From: Flavobacteriales bacterium
GTDB lineage: Bacteria > Bacteroidota > Bacteroidia > Flavobacteriales_D > CAJJDF01
Reading direction: 5' to 3'
NCBI GenBank assembly: GCA_965658995.1
Contig: CBFHVI010000005.1
Coordinates: 5,349 to 69,348 of the forward strand
DNA length: 64,000 nt
Part shown: piece after piece, positions 26,800-36,301 of the stretch
Position numbering within the stretch: the first letter of the stretch is position 1
Layout of the letters: the number at the start of each line of letters is the position of its first letter
Notes under the pieces: model-generated
What the model saw: the letters and a program-made list of their open reading frames with translations, nothing else
Databases searched by the model: none
Told to the model about the DNA's origin: nothing
Made by a program: the position numbers and the translations under genes

Positions 26800-27849
26800 T
26801 TAAATGATTAACATGGCGTCTCCGTATGAGAAAAACTTGTATTTCTCTTTCACAGCTTCTTCGTAAGCTCTCATCACAAAGTCATACCCACCAAATGCAC
26901 AAACCATCATCAGGAGTGTGGAGTAAGGAGTATGAAAATTAGTAATTAATCTATTTGGGATACTGAATTCGTAAGGAGGGAAAATAAATTTATTTGTCCA
27001 TCCATCAAAAGGTTTCAGAAGGTTTTCTGAAGAAACAGAGGACTCTACAGTTCTTACAGAAGTGGTTCCAATTGCGCAAACATTTTTCTTGTTAAGGATT
27101 CCTTTGTTTATAATATCTGCATTCATTTGACTTACATAAGCTCTTTCAGACCCCATTTTGTGCTTCGTCAAATCTTCCACTTCTACTGGCTGGAATGTTC
27201 CTAACCCAACATGTAAGGTTACCTCTGCAAAGTTTACTCCTTTTATCTCAAGTCTTTTAAGTAGGTTTTTGCTAAAATGAAGCCCAGCGGTTGGTGCAGC
27301 TACCGATCCTTCATGTCTTGCATAAATTGTTTGATACCTTTCTTCATCTTCTGGCTCAACCTCTCTTTTGATGTATTTTGGAAGAGGAGTTTGACCCAAC
27401 TGTCTTACCTTGTCTTGAAACTCTTCGTAGGTCCCATCAAAAAGAAATCGCAGTGTTCTTCCTCTCGAAGTCGTATTGTCAATTACCTCGGCTACCAATT
27501 CTTCATCTTCTCCAAAGTATAGTTTGTTTCCAATTCGTATTTTTCTTGCTGGATCTACGAGTACATCCCAAAGAAGACTTTCTTTGTTTAGTTCTCTCAA
27601 CAAAAAAACTTCAATTTCTGCTCCGGTTTTTTCTTTGTTACCAATCATTCTGGCAGGAAATACCTTGGTATTGTTCATGATAAGAACGTCCTCGTCATCA
27701 AAGTATTCGATCAGGTCTTTGAATTGTCTATGTTCAATGGTTTGTTTTTCTCTGTTAAGCACCATTAATCTTGCTTCGTCTCTATTTTCGGCTGGATATT
27801 CTGCCAATAACTCTTCAGGTAATTCAAATCCAAATTTTGATAATTTCAT
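26800..27849 (-). CDS. queA: S-adenosylmethionine:tRNA ribosyltransferase-isomerase
   Basis: Start taken at [26 protein letters not shown] and AIGTTSVR motifs. The upstream TTG start of the track falls inside the -7 box. Confidence 0.93.
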   Translation of the reverse strand: MKLSKFGFELPEELLAEYPAENRDEARLMVLNREKQTIEHRQFKDLIEYFDDEDVLIMNNTKVFPARMIGNKEKTGAEIEVFLLRELNKESLLWDVLVDPARKIRIGNKLYFGEDEELVAEVIDNTTSRGRTLRFLFDGTYEEFQDKVRQLGQTPLPKYIKREVEPEDEERYQTIYARHEGSVAAPTAGLHFSKNLLKRLEIKGVNFAEVTLHVGLGTFQPVEVEDLTKHKMGSERAYVSQMNADIINKGILNKKNVCAIGTTSVRTVESSVSSENLLKPFDGWTNKFIFPPYEFSIPNRLITNFHTPYSTLLMMVCAFGGYDFVMRAYEEAVKEKYKFFSYGDAMLII

Positions 27850-27870
27850 AGTAGTTTTTGTTTCAGAATA

Positions 27871-27878
27871 CAAAAATA
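27871..27878 (-). promoter_or_regulatory. -7 promoter box (TATTTTTG) for queA
   Basis: Exact TAnnTTTG match on the minus strand, 21 nt upstream of ATG 27849. Confidence 0.5.
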
Positions 27879-27935
27879 CGATTTTAGAACCTTTTTTCCT
27901 AACTATATGCGGACGGTGAAATGAGTATAAGAATT

Positions 27936-28649
27936 TTAAGAGATTGGGGTAAATTCCGAATCAAAAATCCATTGTTGAACTTGTTCTATGGTATGTGCAT
28001 TTTCAACATCATAACTCCCAATTTTTGTTCTTCTTAGCTCGGTAAGGTGACCGCCATTATTCAGTTTTACTCCAAAATCGTAGGCTATGGAGCGTATGTA
28101 AGTTCCTTTGCTACAGGCAATTCTTACTTTCACGTCTGGAAGATTTACGCTCAATACTTCCATTTCATGAATGATAATCTTGTTGGGTGTTACGTTCACT
28201 TCTTCTCCTGCTCGGGCTAAGTCATAGGCTCTTTTTCCTTGAATTTTTTTTGCCGAAAATATCGGAGGTAGTTGTTCTTGCTCACCCACAAAACTTTGTG
28301 CACACTCCCTTATTTTTTCTTCGGTAAGAGAAGAAATATCAAAGGTTTGGTCTATCTCAGTTTCTAAGTCATACGAGGGTGTTGTTGCTCCAAGTCTAAT
28401 GGTGGCAGTGTACTCCTTGGGTAAGTTTTGAAAGGAAGATATTGTTTTGGTTTTTTTGCCACTGCACATAATTAGTAAACCACTAGCCAAAGGGTCTAAT
28501 GTGCCGGCATGCCCTATCTTGTATCGTTTTTTTTTGGTTCGTTGTACAAAGACTCGTTTTACACGATTTACCGCGCCAAATGAGGTGATTTTTAGTGGTT
28601 TGTCCACTAAAATAACTTCTCCTTCATGAAAATCTACTGGGTGATTCAT
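27936..28649 (-). CDS. truB: tRNA pseudouridine(55) synthase
   Basis: Start taken at [32 protein letters not shown] catalytic motif. It begins 4 nt after the uppP stop. Confidence 0.9.
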   Translation of the reverse strand: MNHPVDFHEGEVILVDKPLKITSFGAVNRVKRVFVQRTKKKRYKIGHAGTLDPLASGLLIMCSGKKTKTISSFQNLPKEYTATIRLGATTPSYDLETEIDQTFDISSLTEEKIRECAQSFVGEQEQLPPIFSAKKIQGKRAYDLARAGEEVNVTPNKIIIHEMEVLSVNLPDVKVRIACSKGTYIRSIAYDFGVKLNNGGHLTELRRTKIGSYDVENAHTIEQVQQWIFDSEFTPIS

Positions 28650-28653
28650 AGTG

Positions 28654-29448
28654 CTAACAGATAGTATAGAAGATGGCCGAAATTCCAATTACAAAACAGT
28701 AGATTGAAAAATAGGTGAGGTTCGAGTTTTTCACTAGCCTGATCATCCATTTGCAAGCTAACAGTCCTGTGACAAAAGCAAAAACAAAACCTGCAAAATA
28801 GGGGAGAAACTCAGGGGAGGATATTCCTGAATCTGATTTTAAAAGTCCAAGGGAGTCTTTAGCGATTTTCCCAAAAATTAATGGAACAACCATCAAAAAA
28901 GAAAATCGTGCAGCTTTCTCTCTGTCAATTCCCAACAATACCGAAGTGGAAATGGTAGCACCCGAGCGAGAAATTCCCGGAAGAATGGCAATCATTTGAG
29001 AAATTCCGATAAGAATAGAATGAGGAATGCTAACCTCTTTATTGGTGGTTTTTGCTTTGTCGGCAACAAATAACAGAGCACCAGTAATCAAAAGCATACA
29101 TCCCACAAGGAGGATTTTACCTATAAAAAATGAATCAATTAGATCATCAAACAAGATACCTACAACTGCTGCAGGAATCATAGAAATAATAATTTTGAGA
29201 GAAAACTGAAATTCTTTATTGTTTTTAAATTGAAACAATCCCCTAATTATTTCTGCAATATCTTTTCTGAATATTACGCAAGTGCTCAGGGCAGTAGCAA
29301 AGTGGAGAACCACTGTCATAGTCATACTTTCTTGAATTTCTTTATCGAAAATTGCTTTCACCAGCTCAATGTGCCCACTACTACTGACGGGTAAAAATTC
29401 GGTAAGTCCTTGAACAATTCCAAGAATAATGGCTTCTAATAAACCCAT
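28654..29448 (-). CDS. uppP: undecaprenyl-diphosphate phosphatase
   Basis: 264 aa. GLTEFLPVSSSGH and PGISRSGATI motifs. Confidence 0.9.
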   Translation of the reverse strand: MGLLEAIILGIVQGLTEFLPVSSSGHIELVKAIFDKEIQESMTMTVVLHFATALSTCVIFRKDIAEIIRGLFQFKNNKEFQFSLKIIISMIPAAVVGILFDDLIDSFFIGKILLVGCMLLITGALLFVADKAKTTNKEVSIPHSILIGISQMIAILPGISRSGATISTSVLLGIDREKAARFSFLMVVPLIFGKIAKDSLGLLKSDSGISSPEFLPYFAGFVFAFVTGLLACKWMIRLVKNSNLTYFSIYCFVIGISAIFYTIC

Positions 29449-29471
29449 GAAAGAAAAAAGTGTTAAGGTGT

Positions 29472-29738
29472 TTATTTCTTGGTTGACGAGTCTATTTCTT
29501 CGGTATCCGATTCTGGTTTGAAATTCTTGATAATTCCAAACAACACGATTACATAGCCCGAAATTACTATAAATGGTGCTAAAGTAAGTCGTTGAAAATT
29601 AAAAATATCATCGCTGTAATCACTTGGATCTTCAGGATTTCCACCCGACATAATAAAGTAACCCAACACAAACACTATAATTCCGGCAAGAATCAAAATG
29701 TAATTTTTTTTGGTGAAATAAATGTTGTCGTTTTCCAT
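29472..29738 (-). CDS. small two-TM membrane protein (DUF3098-like)
   Basis: 88 aa with two hydrophobic helices. It holds the conserved position between ftsX and uppP in Bacteroidota. Confidence 0.55.
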   Translation of the reverse strand: MENDNIYFTKKNYILILAGIIVFVLGYFIMSGGNPEDPSDYSDDIFNFQRLTLAPFIVISGYVIVLFGIIKNFKPESDTEEIDSSTKK

Positions 29739-29744
29739 AGGTTC

Positions 29745-30635
29745 TTATTGTTTGTATAGTTTGTCCTGACTTAGTTTTAAATACTTGTTCATTGAGAAGT
29801 AGGTCGAACCAAAGCTAACTAAAATTCCGATAGCTATGATAATACCAAAGATGACAAAGTTGGAATAAATGTTTTCTGCATTGAATACGAGTTCGCCAAT
29901 GATAGAGTTGTAATTTTCGAGCGCCAAGCTCAATAAGATATACAGTATAATGGCAAATAGAGCTGAGGTAATTCCTTGCATGATGGAATTCAGCAGGAAT
30001 GGCTTTTTGATAAAACTATGTTTTGCACCTACAAATTGCATCGTACGAATGAGAAATCGTTTTGAAAAGATCGCTAATCTGATGGTGTTGTTTATTAAAA
30101 TTATGGCGATGGTTAGCAAAATACTACTTAGCCCTAAAGCATACCACAATCCGTTGTAAAAGGTATCGTTTATGGTTTGAAACTGTGCCTTGCTGTAAGA
30201 AATTTCACTTACATAATCTTCGTATTTCTCCAAGATGTTTTGCTCAAATAATTGAACACTATCCAGCTGAGCGTACTCTTTTTTGAGGGTCAAATTAATA
30301 CTGTTGTAGAGCGGATTCCCACCCAAAAACTCATCAAGAAATTCCTCGCCCATCCCTTCAACCATAAACTCTACTGCTTTCTCTTTTGGGATATAAGTGG
30401 TTGAATTAACGCGATGATCAAGACTAATTTCTTTTTCAATCTGCTGCATTTTGGCCATTTTGGCGTTTTCTCTAAAGAATACATCTACCTCAATCTTTTC
30501 TTTTTGATCGCCATAAATTTTGTCCAACCTTAGGATTGCCATTCCAAAAATAAGTAATAGAAATAGGATGAACCCCATACTTATGGTCACATAAAACGAG
30601 GTTGTTTTGTATCTATTTTTTTTTGCCTTGGACAT
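29745..30635 (-). CDS. ftsX: cell division protein FtsX-like permease
   Basis: Start taken at MSKAKKNRYKTTSFYVTISM. TM - large loop - three C-terminal TM layout. MQFVGA motif. Confidence 0.8.
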   Translation of the reverse strand: MSKAKKNRYKTTSFYVTISMGFILFLLLIFGMAILRLDKIYGDQKEKIEVDVFFRENAKMAKMQQIEKEISLDHRVNSTTYIPKEKAVEFMVEGMGEEFLDEFLGGNPLYNSINLTLKKEYAQLDSVQLFEQNILEKYEDYVSEISYSKAQFQTINDTFYNGLWYALGLSSILLTIAIILINNTIRLAIFSKRFLIRTMQFVGAKHSFIKKPFLLNSIMQGITSALFAIILYILLSLALENYNSIIGELVFNAENIYSNFVIFGIIIAIGILVSFGSTYFSMNKYLKLSQDKLYKQ

Positions 30636-30638
30636 ATA

Positions 30639-30646
30639 CAAATGTA
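30639..30646 (-). promoter_or_regulatory. -7-box-like motif (TACATTTG) abutting the ftsX ATG
   Basis: Exact TAnnTTTG match on the minus strand, 3 nt from ATG 30635. This implies either a leaderless mRNA or a chance match. Confidence 0.35.
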
Positions 30647-30726
30647 GAAAATATCCAAAGTCTTTAATAAAATTGTTCTCCTTTTTTTCTATTATTAAGA
30701 ACAATTAACACCAGAAACTACCACTT

Positions 30727-31248
30727 ATGAAAGAATTATTAGCAAAAAAAGCTTCGAGAGCGAATAGTTATGAAGTGGTAGGGCTGGTAGCCAATAGTAA
30801 AGCAAAGTACAGCGAGTTGGTAGAAATTATGAAGGAAAACAATTCGCCTTACAGCGAGAAAGCTGCCTGGGTAATAACTCATTGTTTTGATGAAAGAGTA
30901 GGTTTTTTTGATCATTTTTACAGTGATTTTATTAAAATAATTGGGGAAGAGTCTTATTCCGATTCGGTTAAGAGAAATATCGTTCGGATACTTCAATTTA
31001 AATCGATTCCTACCGAGTATCATGGAGCTGTAATTGATGCTTGTTTTCGTTTATTAACGAAAAAAGAGACGGCTATTGCAGTAAAAGCTTTTTCTATGGG
31101 TGTATTGGACCAAATGGTGAAAATATATCCAGAGTTGACAAATGAGTTAATTCTCTGCATCGAAGAGATACTTCCCGGCAGCTCTTCGGGAGTAAAGAAT
31201 CGCGGGAATAAAATTCTTAAAAAACTGAAAGGTTCTAGTCAATGTTGA
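30727..31248 (+). CDS. hypothetical alpha-helical (HEAT-like) protein
   Basis: 173-aa ORF with no signal peptide and no family recognised. Confidence 0.5.
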   Translation: MKELLAKKASRANSYEVVGLVANSKAKYSELVEIMKENNSPYSEKAAWVITHCFDERVGFFDHFYSDFIKIIGEESYSDSVKRNIVRILQFKSIPTEYHGAVIDACFRLLTKKETAIAVKAFSMGVLDQMVKIYPELTNELILCIEEILPGSSSGVKNRGNKILKKLKGSSQC

Positions 31249-31300
31249 ACTTTTTTTACCTAAAATTTTAAGACCTTTACGAAAAAATTAATCAAATAAG

Positions 31301-31642
31301 ATGTCAAAGGAAAAAACAGCTCAAATAAATATTACCGTAAAAACAGATGAACACAATGTGCCAGAGGCTATGAATTGGACAGCTACGGATGCCAATATTA
31401 AAAACAAAGAGTGCAAAGCAATGATTTTATCTGTTTGGGACAAAGAGGATAAGGCTGCTTTGCGAATGGATTTGTGGACCAAGGAGATGATGGTGGATGA
31501 AATGAAAATGTTCTTTTACCAAACATTGGTAACGATGGCAGATAATTTTCAGAAAGCCACAGGGGAAGATGCTATCGTGGAGGACTTGAGGGACTATTGT
31601 GCCCATTTTGCTGATAAAATGAAGTTGGATCAAATGAGATAA
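31301..31642 (+). CDS. gldC: gliding motility-associated protein GldC-like
   Basis: 113 aa. INITVKTDEHNVPEAMNWTATDA...MILSVWDK...LRMDLWTKEM matches my recollection of GldC size and N-terminal pattern. Confidence 0.65.
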   Translation: MSKEKTAQINITVKTDEHNVPEAMNWTATDANIKNKECKAMILSVWDKEDKAALRMDLWTKEMMVDEMKMFFYQTLVTMADNFQKATGEDAIVEDLRDYCAHFADKMKLDQMR

Positions 31643-31715
31643 CTCAAACTTGTCTGATGGATTCTCTACGAGAATTAATTCATTGGTCAGTTCAATAGTT
31701 TCGTTACCTTTAATA

Positions 31716-33455
31716 ATGATGAAAAGTTGGCTCAAAAAAATAGGGGGAGTACAGTTTTCCATACTCTTGGTAACGTTTGTTTCCTTGGTTTTTGTGGTTT
31801 CACCAATGATCCAAAAATCGGAACAGTATACCGTAATTACTAGCGATGGGAAAGGATATTATGCTTATTTGCCAGCTGTTTTTCTCCACAATTCTATCGG
31901 TGATCAAACTCCTGATGGTCGATTCATACTGGATATAAACGGGAAAGGCGTCAACAAATACTACGCAGGCACAGCCGTTTCTATTTTGCCGTTTTTTGGA
32001 CTGGCTTCCTTGTTAGATAAAAAACAAAACGGATACTCACTCATTTACCAAATTTCTGTCTCTATTGCAGGTGTTTTTTACCTGATTCTGGGGTTACTTT
32101 ATCTCGCCCGACTCTTAACCCTTTTTCGGTTTTCGGAAGTTGCGATAAGCCTTACCATTCTCACTTTATTTTTTGGGACTAATTTATTTGTATATGGAGT
32201 TTTTGAACCTTCTATGTCCCACATTTATTCTTTTTTTTGGATTACTGGATTTCTGTTTTTTACAAAAAAACACTTGCTGACTGGTCGTTCTGAATTGTTA
32301 TATTTCTCGGCACTTTTTCTGGGTTTTTTAGTATTGGTGAGACCCATCAATGGACTTATCATTTTGGTAATTCCCTTCCTTGCGGGCTCACCGATAGTTT
32401 TAAAAAAATATTTTCATTCTTCTGTCTTTAGCCGAAAAGGGTTGATATCATTCCTTATTTTCTTTGGTATTATAGCCGTTCAGCCCATTGTGTGGTATCT
32501 CCAGAGTGGTAATTGGTGGTTGTGGAGCTACTCTGAAGAAGGGTTTAATTTTACTGCCCCAAGTTGGTTTCAATTTTTGTTTAGTTTTAGAAAAGGAGCC
32601 TTAGTTTACACTCCACTGTTGATAGTTACTGTCATTTCAGCTATACTGTGGTGGAGAAGAAATAAATTTCAATCAGCAACTATTCTATTCTTTTTTGGAA
32701 CGTTAGTATATGTTTTAAGTTCCTGGTGGAATTGGTATTACGGACCTTCTTTTGGTCAAAGACCCTTGGTTGATTTTTATGGGCTATCTGGTATATTGTT
32801 GGCCTATTTTATTCATCATTTTTCTGGATTTAAGCAGCGTTTTTATTCTGCTTCTTTTGTCCTGATTTGTTTGGTTCTCAATCTTGTTCAGACGTATCAA
32901 TTTCGATCGGGAATTTTATCTTCTTGGGATATGAATCTAGAGAAATATCGAGCGATATTTTTGAAAGTTGACGACAAATGGAGACAGTCGTTAGGAGGGA
33001 ATTTTGATATTTTTTTGTACGATTCAAAAATAGATACTGTTGATCGAGCCACTCTTCTTCCTTCAGTTGGCAAAAAAGGTAGCACGGCTTTTGATTATAC
33101 TGAGAAAGAGTTCGGAGTAGAGGTTACGTTTAATGTAGATTCTTCCTACTTCTCCAAAAGAGGGTTATTTTTATTGGTTGATTTACAGTTGAATAGTAGA
33201 AAAAAATCTACCAAAAACAAAGCTTTGTTCGTGGTGGATATCATGGATTCTGCAGGAAACAACTACCACTATTACACGTTCCCGATCCGTGCCATTCCTC
33301 CCACAAATTTGGTAGGATGGAAACAAGAAACATACCAAATAGAGTTGCCAAATGTACACCACGTTGGAGACAAAATTAAGCTGTACATCTGGAATAAAGA
33401 AAGAGAAAGTTTTTTGGTGAAAGAATTAAAATTCAAGCTGCTAACTATTAATTAA
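31716..33455 (+). CDS. polytopic membrane protein, GT-C/ArnT-like fold suspected, with C-terminal soluble domain
   Basis: More than 10 hydrophobic helices followed by about 180 aa of soluble tail. First in-frame ATG is at 31716 (track start 31650 is TTG). It follows gldC by 8-70 nt. Confidence 0.6.
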   Translation: MMKSWLKKIGGVQFSILLVTFVSLVFVVSPMIQKSEQYTVITSDGKGYYAYLPAVFLHNSIGDQTPDGRFILDINGKGVNKYYAGTAVSILPFFGLASLLDKKQNGYSLIYQISVSIAGVFYLILGLLYLARLLTLFRFSEVAISLTILTLFFGTNLFVYGVFEPSMSHIYSFFWITGFLFFTKKHLLTGRSELLYFSALFLGFLVLVRPINGLIILVIPFLAGSPIVLKKYFHSSVFSRKGLISFLIFFGIIAVQPIVWYLQSGNWWLWSYSEEGFNFTAPSWFQFLFSFRKGALVYTPLLIVTVISAILWWRRNKFQSATILFFFGTLVYVLSSWWNWYYGPSFGQRPLVDFYGLSGILLAYFIHHFSGFKQRFYSASFVLICLVLNLVQTYQFRSGILSSWDMNLEKYRAIFLKVDDKWRQSLGGNFDIFLYDSKIDTVDRATLLPSVGKKGSTAFDYTEKEFGVEVTFNVDSSYFSKRGLFLLVDLQLNSRKKSTKNKALFVVDIMDSAGNNYHYYTFPIRAIPPTNLVGWKQETYQIELPNVHHVGDKIKLYIWNKERESFLVKELKFKLLTIN

Positions 33456-34015
33456 TTCAGGACAATAGAATGAACGATACTCACGAATTCTTCCTGGTAG
33501 TCGTCAAAGGTGTTTTGTAGAGCCGAACAATTAATAATAAAAGAGTTTTCTCCTTGAATGGTAACATAAAGCTGAGCTGTCAAAGGCAATCCTTCAAATA
33601 AATAATTGTAACGTACTTTTTTAAATTGCACTCCATTTATCTCCTGATAATTGGGTTCTTCGGTTTGTTCTAGCTCTTCAAACATTCCCTGAATCATTCT
33701 TAGGTTCCCCTCGAAAAAAGCATCTAAATCTTTTCCGTTTGTCCCTCCAACAACAATATTTACCATTTCTTGAAAAAAATCTTGATCACTTGTGGGAGAC
33801 AAAACATGAATCATATTGAGCGTTGTATCATTCATGATTTCCCAGTTACTTGGGAAACTAAATGATACCGGAAAATAATCAGAAGAAAACAGGTTCTTGT
33901 TCATTTCCTTTTCTGATCTTGAATCAATAGATTCTTTTATTGTTTTTTCTTCTTGAATTTTATTGCCACAAGAAATTAAAACTGCAATCAGCGATATTGT
34001 TAAGATATATTTCAT
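33452..34015 (-). CDS. hypothetical lipoprotein
   Basis: 187 aa. Lipobox VLISC. No family recognised. Confidence 0.55.
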   Translation of the reverse strand: MKYILTISLIAVLISCGNKIQEEKTIKESIDSRSEKEMNKNLFSSDYFPVSFSFPSNWEIMNDTTLNMIHVLSPTSDQDFFQEMVNIVVGGTNGKDLDAFFEGNLRMIQGMFEELEQTEEPNYQEINGVQFKKVRYNYLFEGLPLTAQLYVTIQGENSFIINCSALQNTFDDYQEEFVSIVHSIVLN

Positions 34016-34019
34016 GAAC

Positions 34020-34027
34020 CAAAGATA
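34020..34027 (-). promoter_or_regulatory. -7 promoter box (TATCTTTG) abutting the lipoprotein ATG
   Basis: Exact TAnnTTTG match on the minus strand, with 4 nt between its G and the A of ATG 34015. Confidence 0.4.
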
Positions 34028-34188
34028 CTGTCTAGAATCGAAATCAAAAGATTTAATTAGATGTTTTCTGTTTGGAACGCTATAATAGGGAGTAGAATTT
34101 TTTTTATCATTATATTGTACACTTGAGAAAGGATTTTTTAAATCCCTTCGTCCAATAGAAGTTGAAGTTAAGAATTAACAAATAGAAT

Positions 34189-34905
34189 ATGAGTATAAAA
34201 AGATTATTATGTACAGTTGCTTTGTCCTGGATTTCGGTAGCCGGTTATTCGCAAAAAGGCGAATGGATTGAAATCAGAGATATGGAAACTTGGTCATCCG
34301 TTGGGTTTGAAATGGATTTGAATAAAAAATGGAGTTTTTCCTTAGAGGAACAACTAAGATTGAAGTCTAACTCTTCTGAAGTAGATTCATACTTTACAGA
34401 ATTCGGATTGTTTTACAAAGGGTTGGAGCACTTTGAGTTTGGTGGAAATTTGCGATACCAAAGTGTGAATGACAATCAAGGAAAAATTCAAGGCTACGAA
34501 ACTCATTTTAGATATAATTTAGATGTAGCCTATTCTCACAAAATTGATCGGTTTAAATTGAAGTACAGAGTAAGGTATCAGAATAAAAATGAGCTAGGAA
34601 TAGATGAGTTGGCAGGGAATTATCCCATTCATAAATGGAGATTGAAAATTGCAGCTAATTATAATATTAGAAAATGGAAATTTGATCCCACTTTTTCAGC
34701 CGAAATTTTTAGAAGGTCTGAAGAAAATACTGAAGCTGGTTTTGATAGAATGAGATTTACCTTGGGTACTAAATACGATTTGAAGAAATTTGGAGAACTG
34801 ACGGGGTTTTATAGAATAGAGAAAGAACTGAATGTATCCTATCCTAAGTCAACTCATATTTGGGGCTTGTCTTATGTATACACATTGAAAATTAAAACGA
34901 ACTAA
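34189..34905 (+). CDS. predicted outer-membrane beta-barrel protein (DUF2490-like)
   Basis: 238 aa with a signal peptide. Alternating amphipathic strands with recurrent R-Y/R-F pairs and a C-terminal aromatic-rich strand. Confidence 0.5.
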   Translation: MSIKRLLCTVALSWISVAGYSQKGEWIEIRDMETWSSVGFEMDLNKKWSFSLEEQLRLKSNSSEVDSYFTEFGLFYKGLEHFEFGGNLRYQSVNDNQGKIQGYETHFRYNLDVAYSHKIDRFKLKYRVRYQNKNELGIDELAGNYPIHKWRLKIAANYNIRKWKFDPTFSAEIFRRSEENTEAGFDRMRFTLGTKYDLKKFGELTGFYRIEKELNVSYPKSTHIWGLSYVYTLKIKTN

Positions 34906-34907
34906 CG

Positions 34908-36281
34908 ATGAACAAATTATTGATTTCCATTACAACTCTTGCAATAGTATTAACTGCCTGTAAGAAAGAGATTTTTATAGAAAGCGGAACAGGACTGGAA
35001 GATTGGACGACCGAGACTCATTCCAATGATGTCTCTCCCAATTATGATATTGTATTCAACCAAAATAAGGTGAACAAGATTCATATTGTGTTTACCGCGG
35101 ACGAGTGGTCAGCGATGCAAGCCGACTTGATAGATGTGAAAGGAGGGAATACTGGTGGCGGTCCTGGAGGTGGCGGTCCTGGTGGCGGTGGCGGAACTAC
35201 TTTTTCCGATCAAACTCCTCTTTATTTTGCCGCAGACTTTTATTGCAATGGAATACAATGGTACAACGTAGGTGTGAGATACAAAGGAAACTCAAGTCTA
35301 ACAGCAAACAGCGGAAAATTGCCGTTAAGATTTCAGTTTGATGAGTTTGAGGACGAATATCCTGAAATAAAGAATCAAAGATTTTACGGATTCAAAGAAC
35401 TTTCTATGAGCAGTAACTATAATGATTTGTCGCTTATGAGAGAAAAATCAGCTTGCGATGCTTTTCGTAATTTTGGAGTGCCAGCGGTGAGAACTGCTTT
35501 TTATGAAATTTACATTGACAAAGGAACAGGAAGTTACCAATACTTTGGGTTGTACACAATGTGCGAAGTAGTTTTTGATTCTTTTTTGACTGATTATTTT
35601 GGAAGCGAAACAGGGAATTGTTACAAGCCTGACGGAGATGGAGCCAAGTTTTCTACTTCGGGGTTTGATTTAACAGATTTTGAAAAGAAAACCAACATAA
35701 CAACAGGTAGAAGTGATATTCAAGCCATGTATGATGCACTACATGCATCAACAAGAACAAGCAATCCAAGTACTTGGAGAAGTAATTTGGAGTCCGTTTT
35801 TGATGTAGATGGTTTTTTGAAATATTTAGCCGCAAATAATACCATTCAAAACTGGGATACTTACGGCTTGATGACGCACAATTATTACTTGTACAACGAT
35901 CCAAGCATGGGCAAATTGAGGTGGATAGTTTGGGATAATAATGAAGCATTTCAATCTGGGAACGGACCAAGATCTGCGCTGCCCTTTGCAATGAATACAA
36001 CAACAACTGATTGGCCATTGATTAATTTTTTAATCAATGATGCGACCTACGAGGCAACTTACAAGAGTTATGTAAAATCTTTCGCTTCGTCCACATTTGC
36101 TGCGAGCAGAATGAGCGGAATTTTTTCTGCACAACAATCTTTGCTTACTTCTTCAGCTTCTAATGAACAGAGCGGTTACACTTTCCTTACAGGAGGTATT
36201 AGCAGTTTTAATTCTGCGGTAAGCACCTTAATTTCACATAATTCTAGCAGAGTTTCTGCAGCAAATACTTACGCTCCCTAA
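34908..36281 (+). CDS. CotH kinase family lipoprotein, paralogue 1
   Basis: 457 aa. Lipobox LTAC. Blocks YKGNSS, DLSLMREK, YEIYID...GLYTMCEVV and HNYYLYNDPSMGKLRWIVWD parallel B. subtilis CotH (PSLMRNK, HNYALY...IPWDYD). Confidence 0.8.
   Translation: MNKLLISITTLAIVLTACKKEIFIESGTGLEDWTTETHSNDVSPNYDIVFNQNKVNKIHIVFTADEWSAMQADLIDVKGGNTGGGPGGGGPGGGGGTTFSDQTPLYFAADFYCNGIQWYNVGVRYKGNSSLTANSGKLPLRFQFDEFEDEYPEIKNQRFYGFKELSMSSNYNDLSLMREKSACDAFRNFGVPAVRTAFYEIYIDKGTGSYQYFGLYTMCEVVFDSFLTDYFGSETGNCYKPDGDGAKFSTSGFDLTDFEKKTNITTGRSDIQAMYDALHASTRTSNPSTWRSNLESVFDVDGFLKYLAANNTIQNWDTYGLMTHNYYLYNDPSMGKLRWIVWDNNEAFQSGNGPRSALPFAMNTTTTDWPLINFLINDATYEATYKSYVKSFASSTFAASRMSGIFSAQQSLLTSSASNEQSGYTFLTGGISSFNSAVSTLISHNSSRVSAANTYAP
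35154..35195 (+). repeat. short in-frame tandem repeat encoding a Gly/Pro linker
   Basis: GGTGGCGGTCCTGGA / GGTGGCGGTCCTGGT / GGCGGTGGCGGA encodes GGGPGGGGPGGGGG. It is absent from paralogue 2. Confidence 0.85.
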
Positions 36282-36301
36282 CAGGCGATTAGAATTGATC
36301 A

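Noticed and set aside
27277-27919. Plus-strand ORFs (81-147 aa) antisense to queA
   Set aside because: They are embedded in queA, give Ser/Leu/Phe-rich low-complexity translations and lack start signals.
33452-33455. 4-nt overlap of convergent stop codons (TTAA) between the 580-aa membrane gene and the lipoprotein gene
   Set aside because: This is real but trivial. Convergent stop overlap in a compact AT-rich genome needs no special explanation.
35105-35341. 78-aa W/R-rich ORF overlapping the CotH Gly-repeat region
   Set aside because: It is an alternative frame of the GGN repeat inside a well-supported CotH gene.
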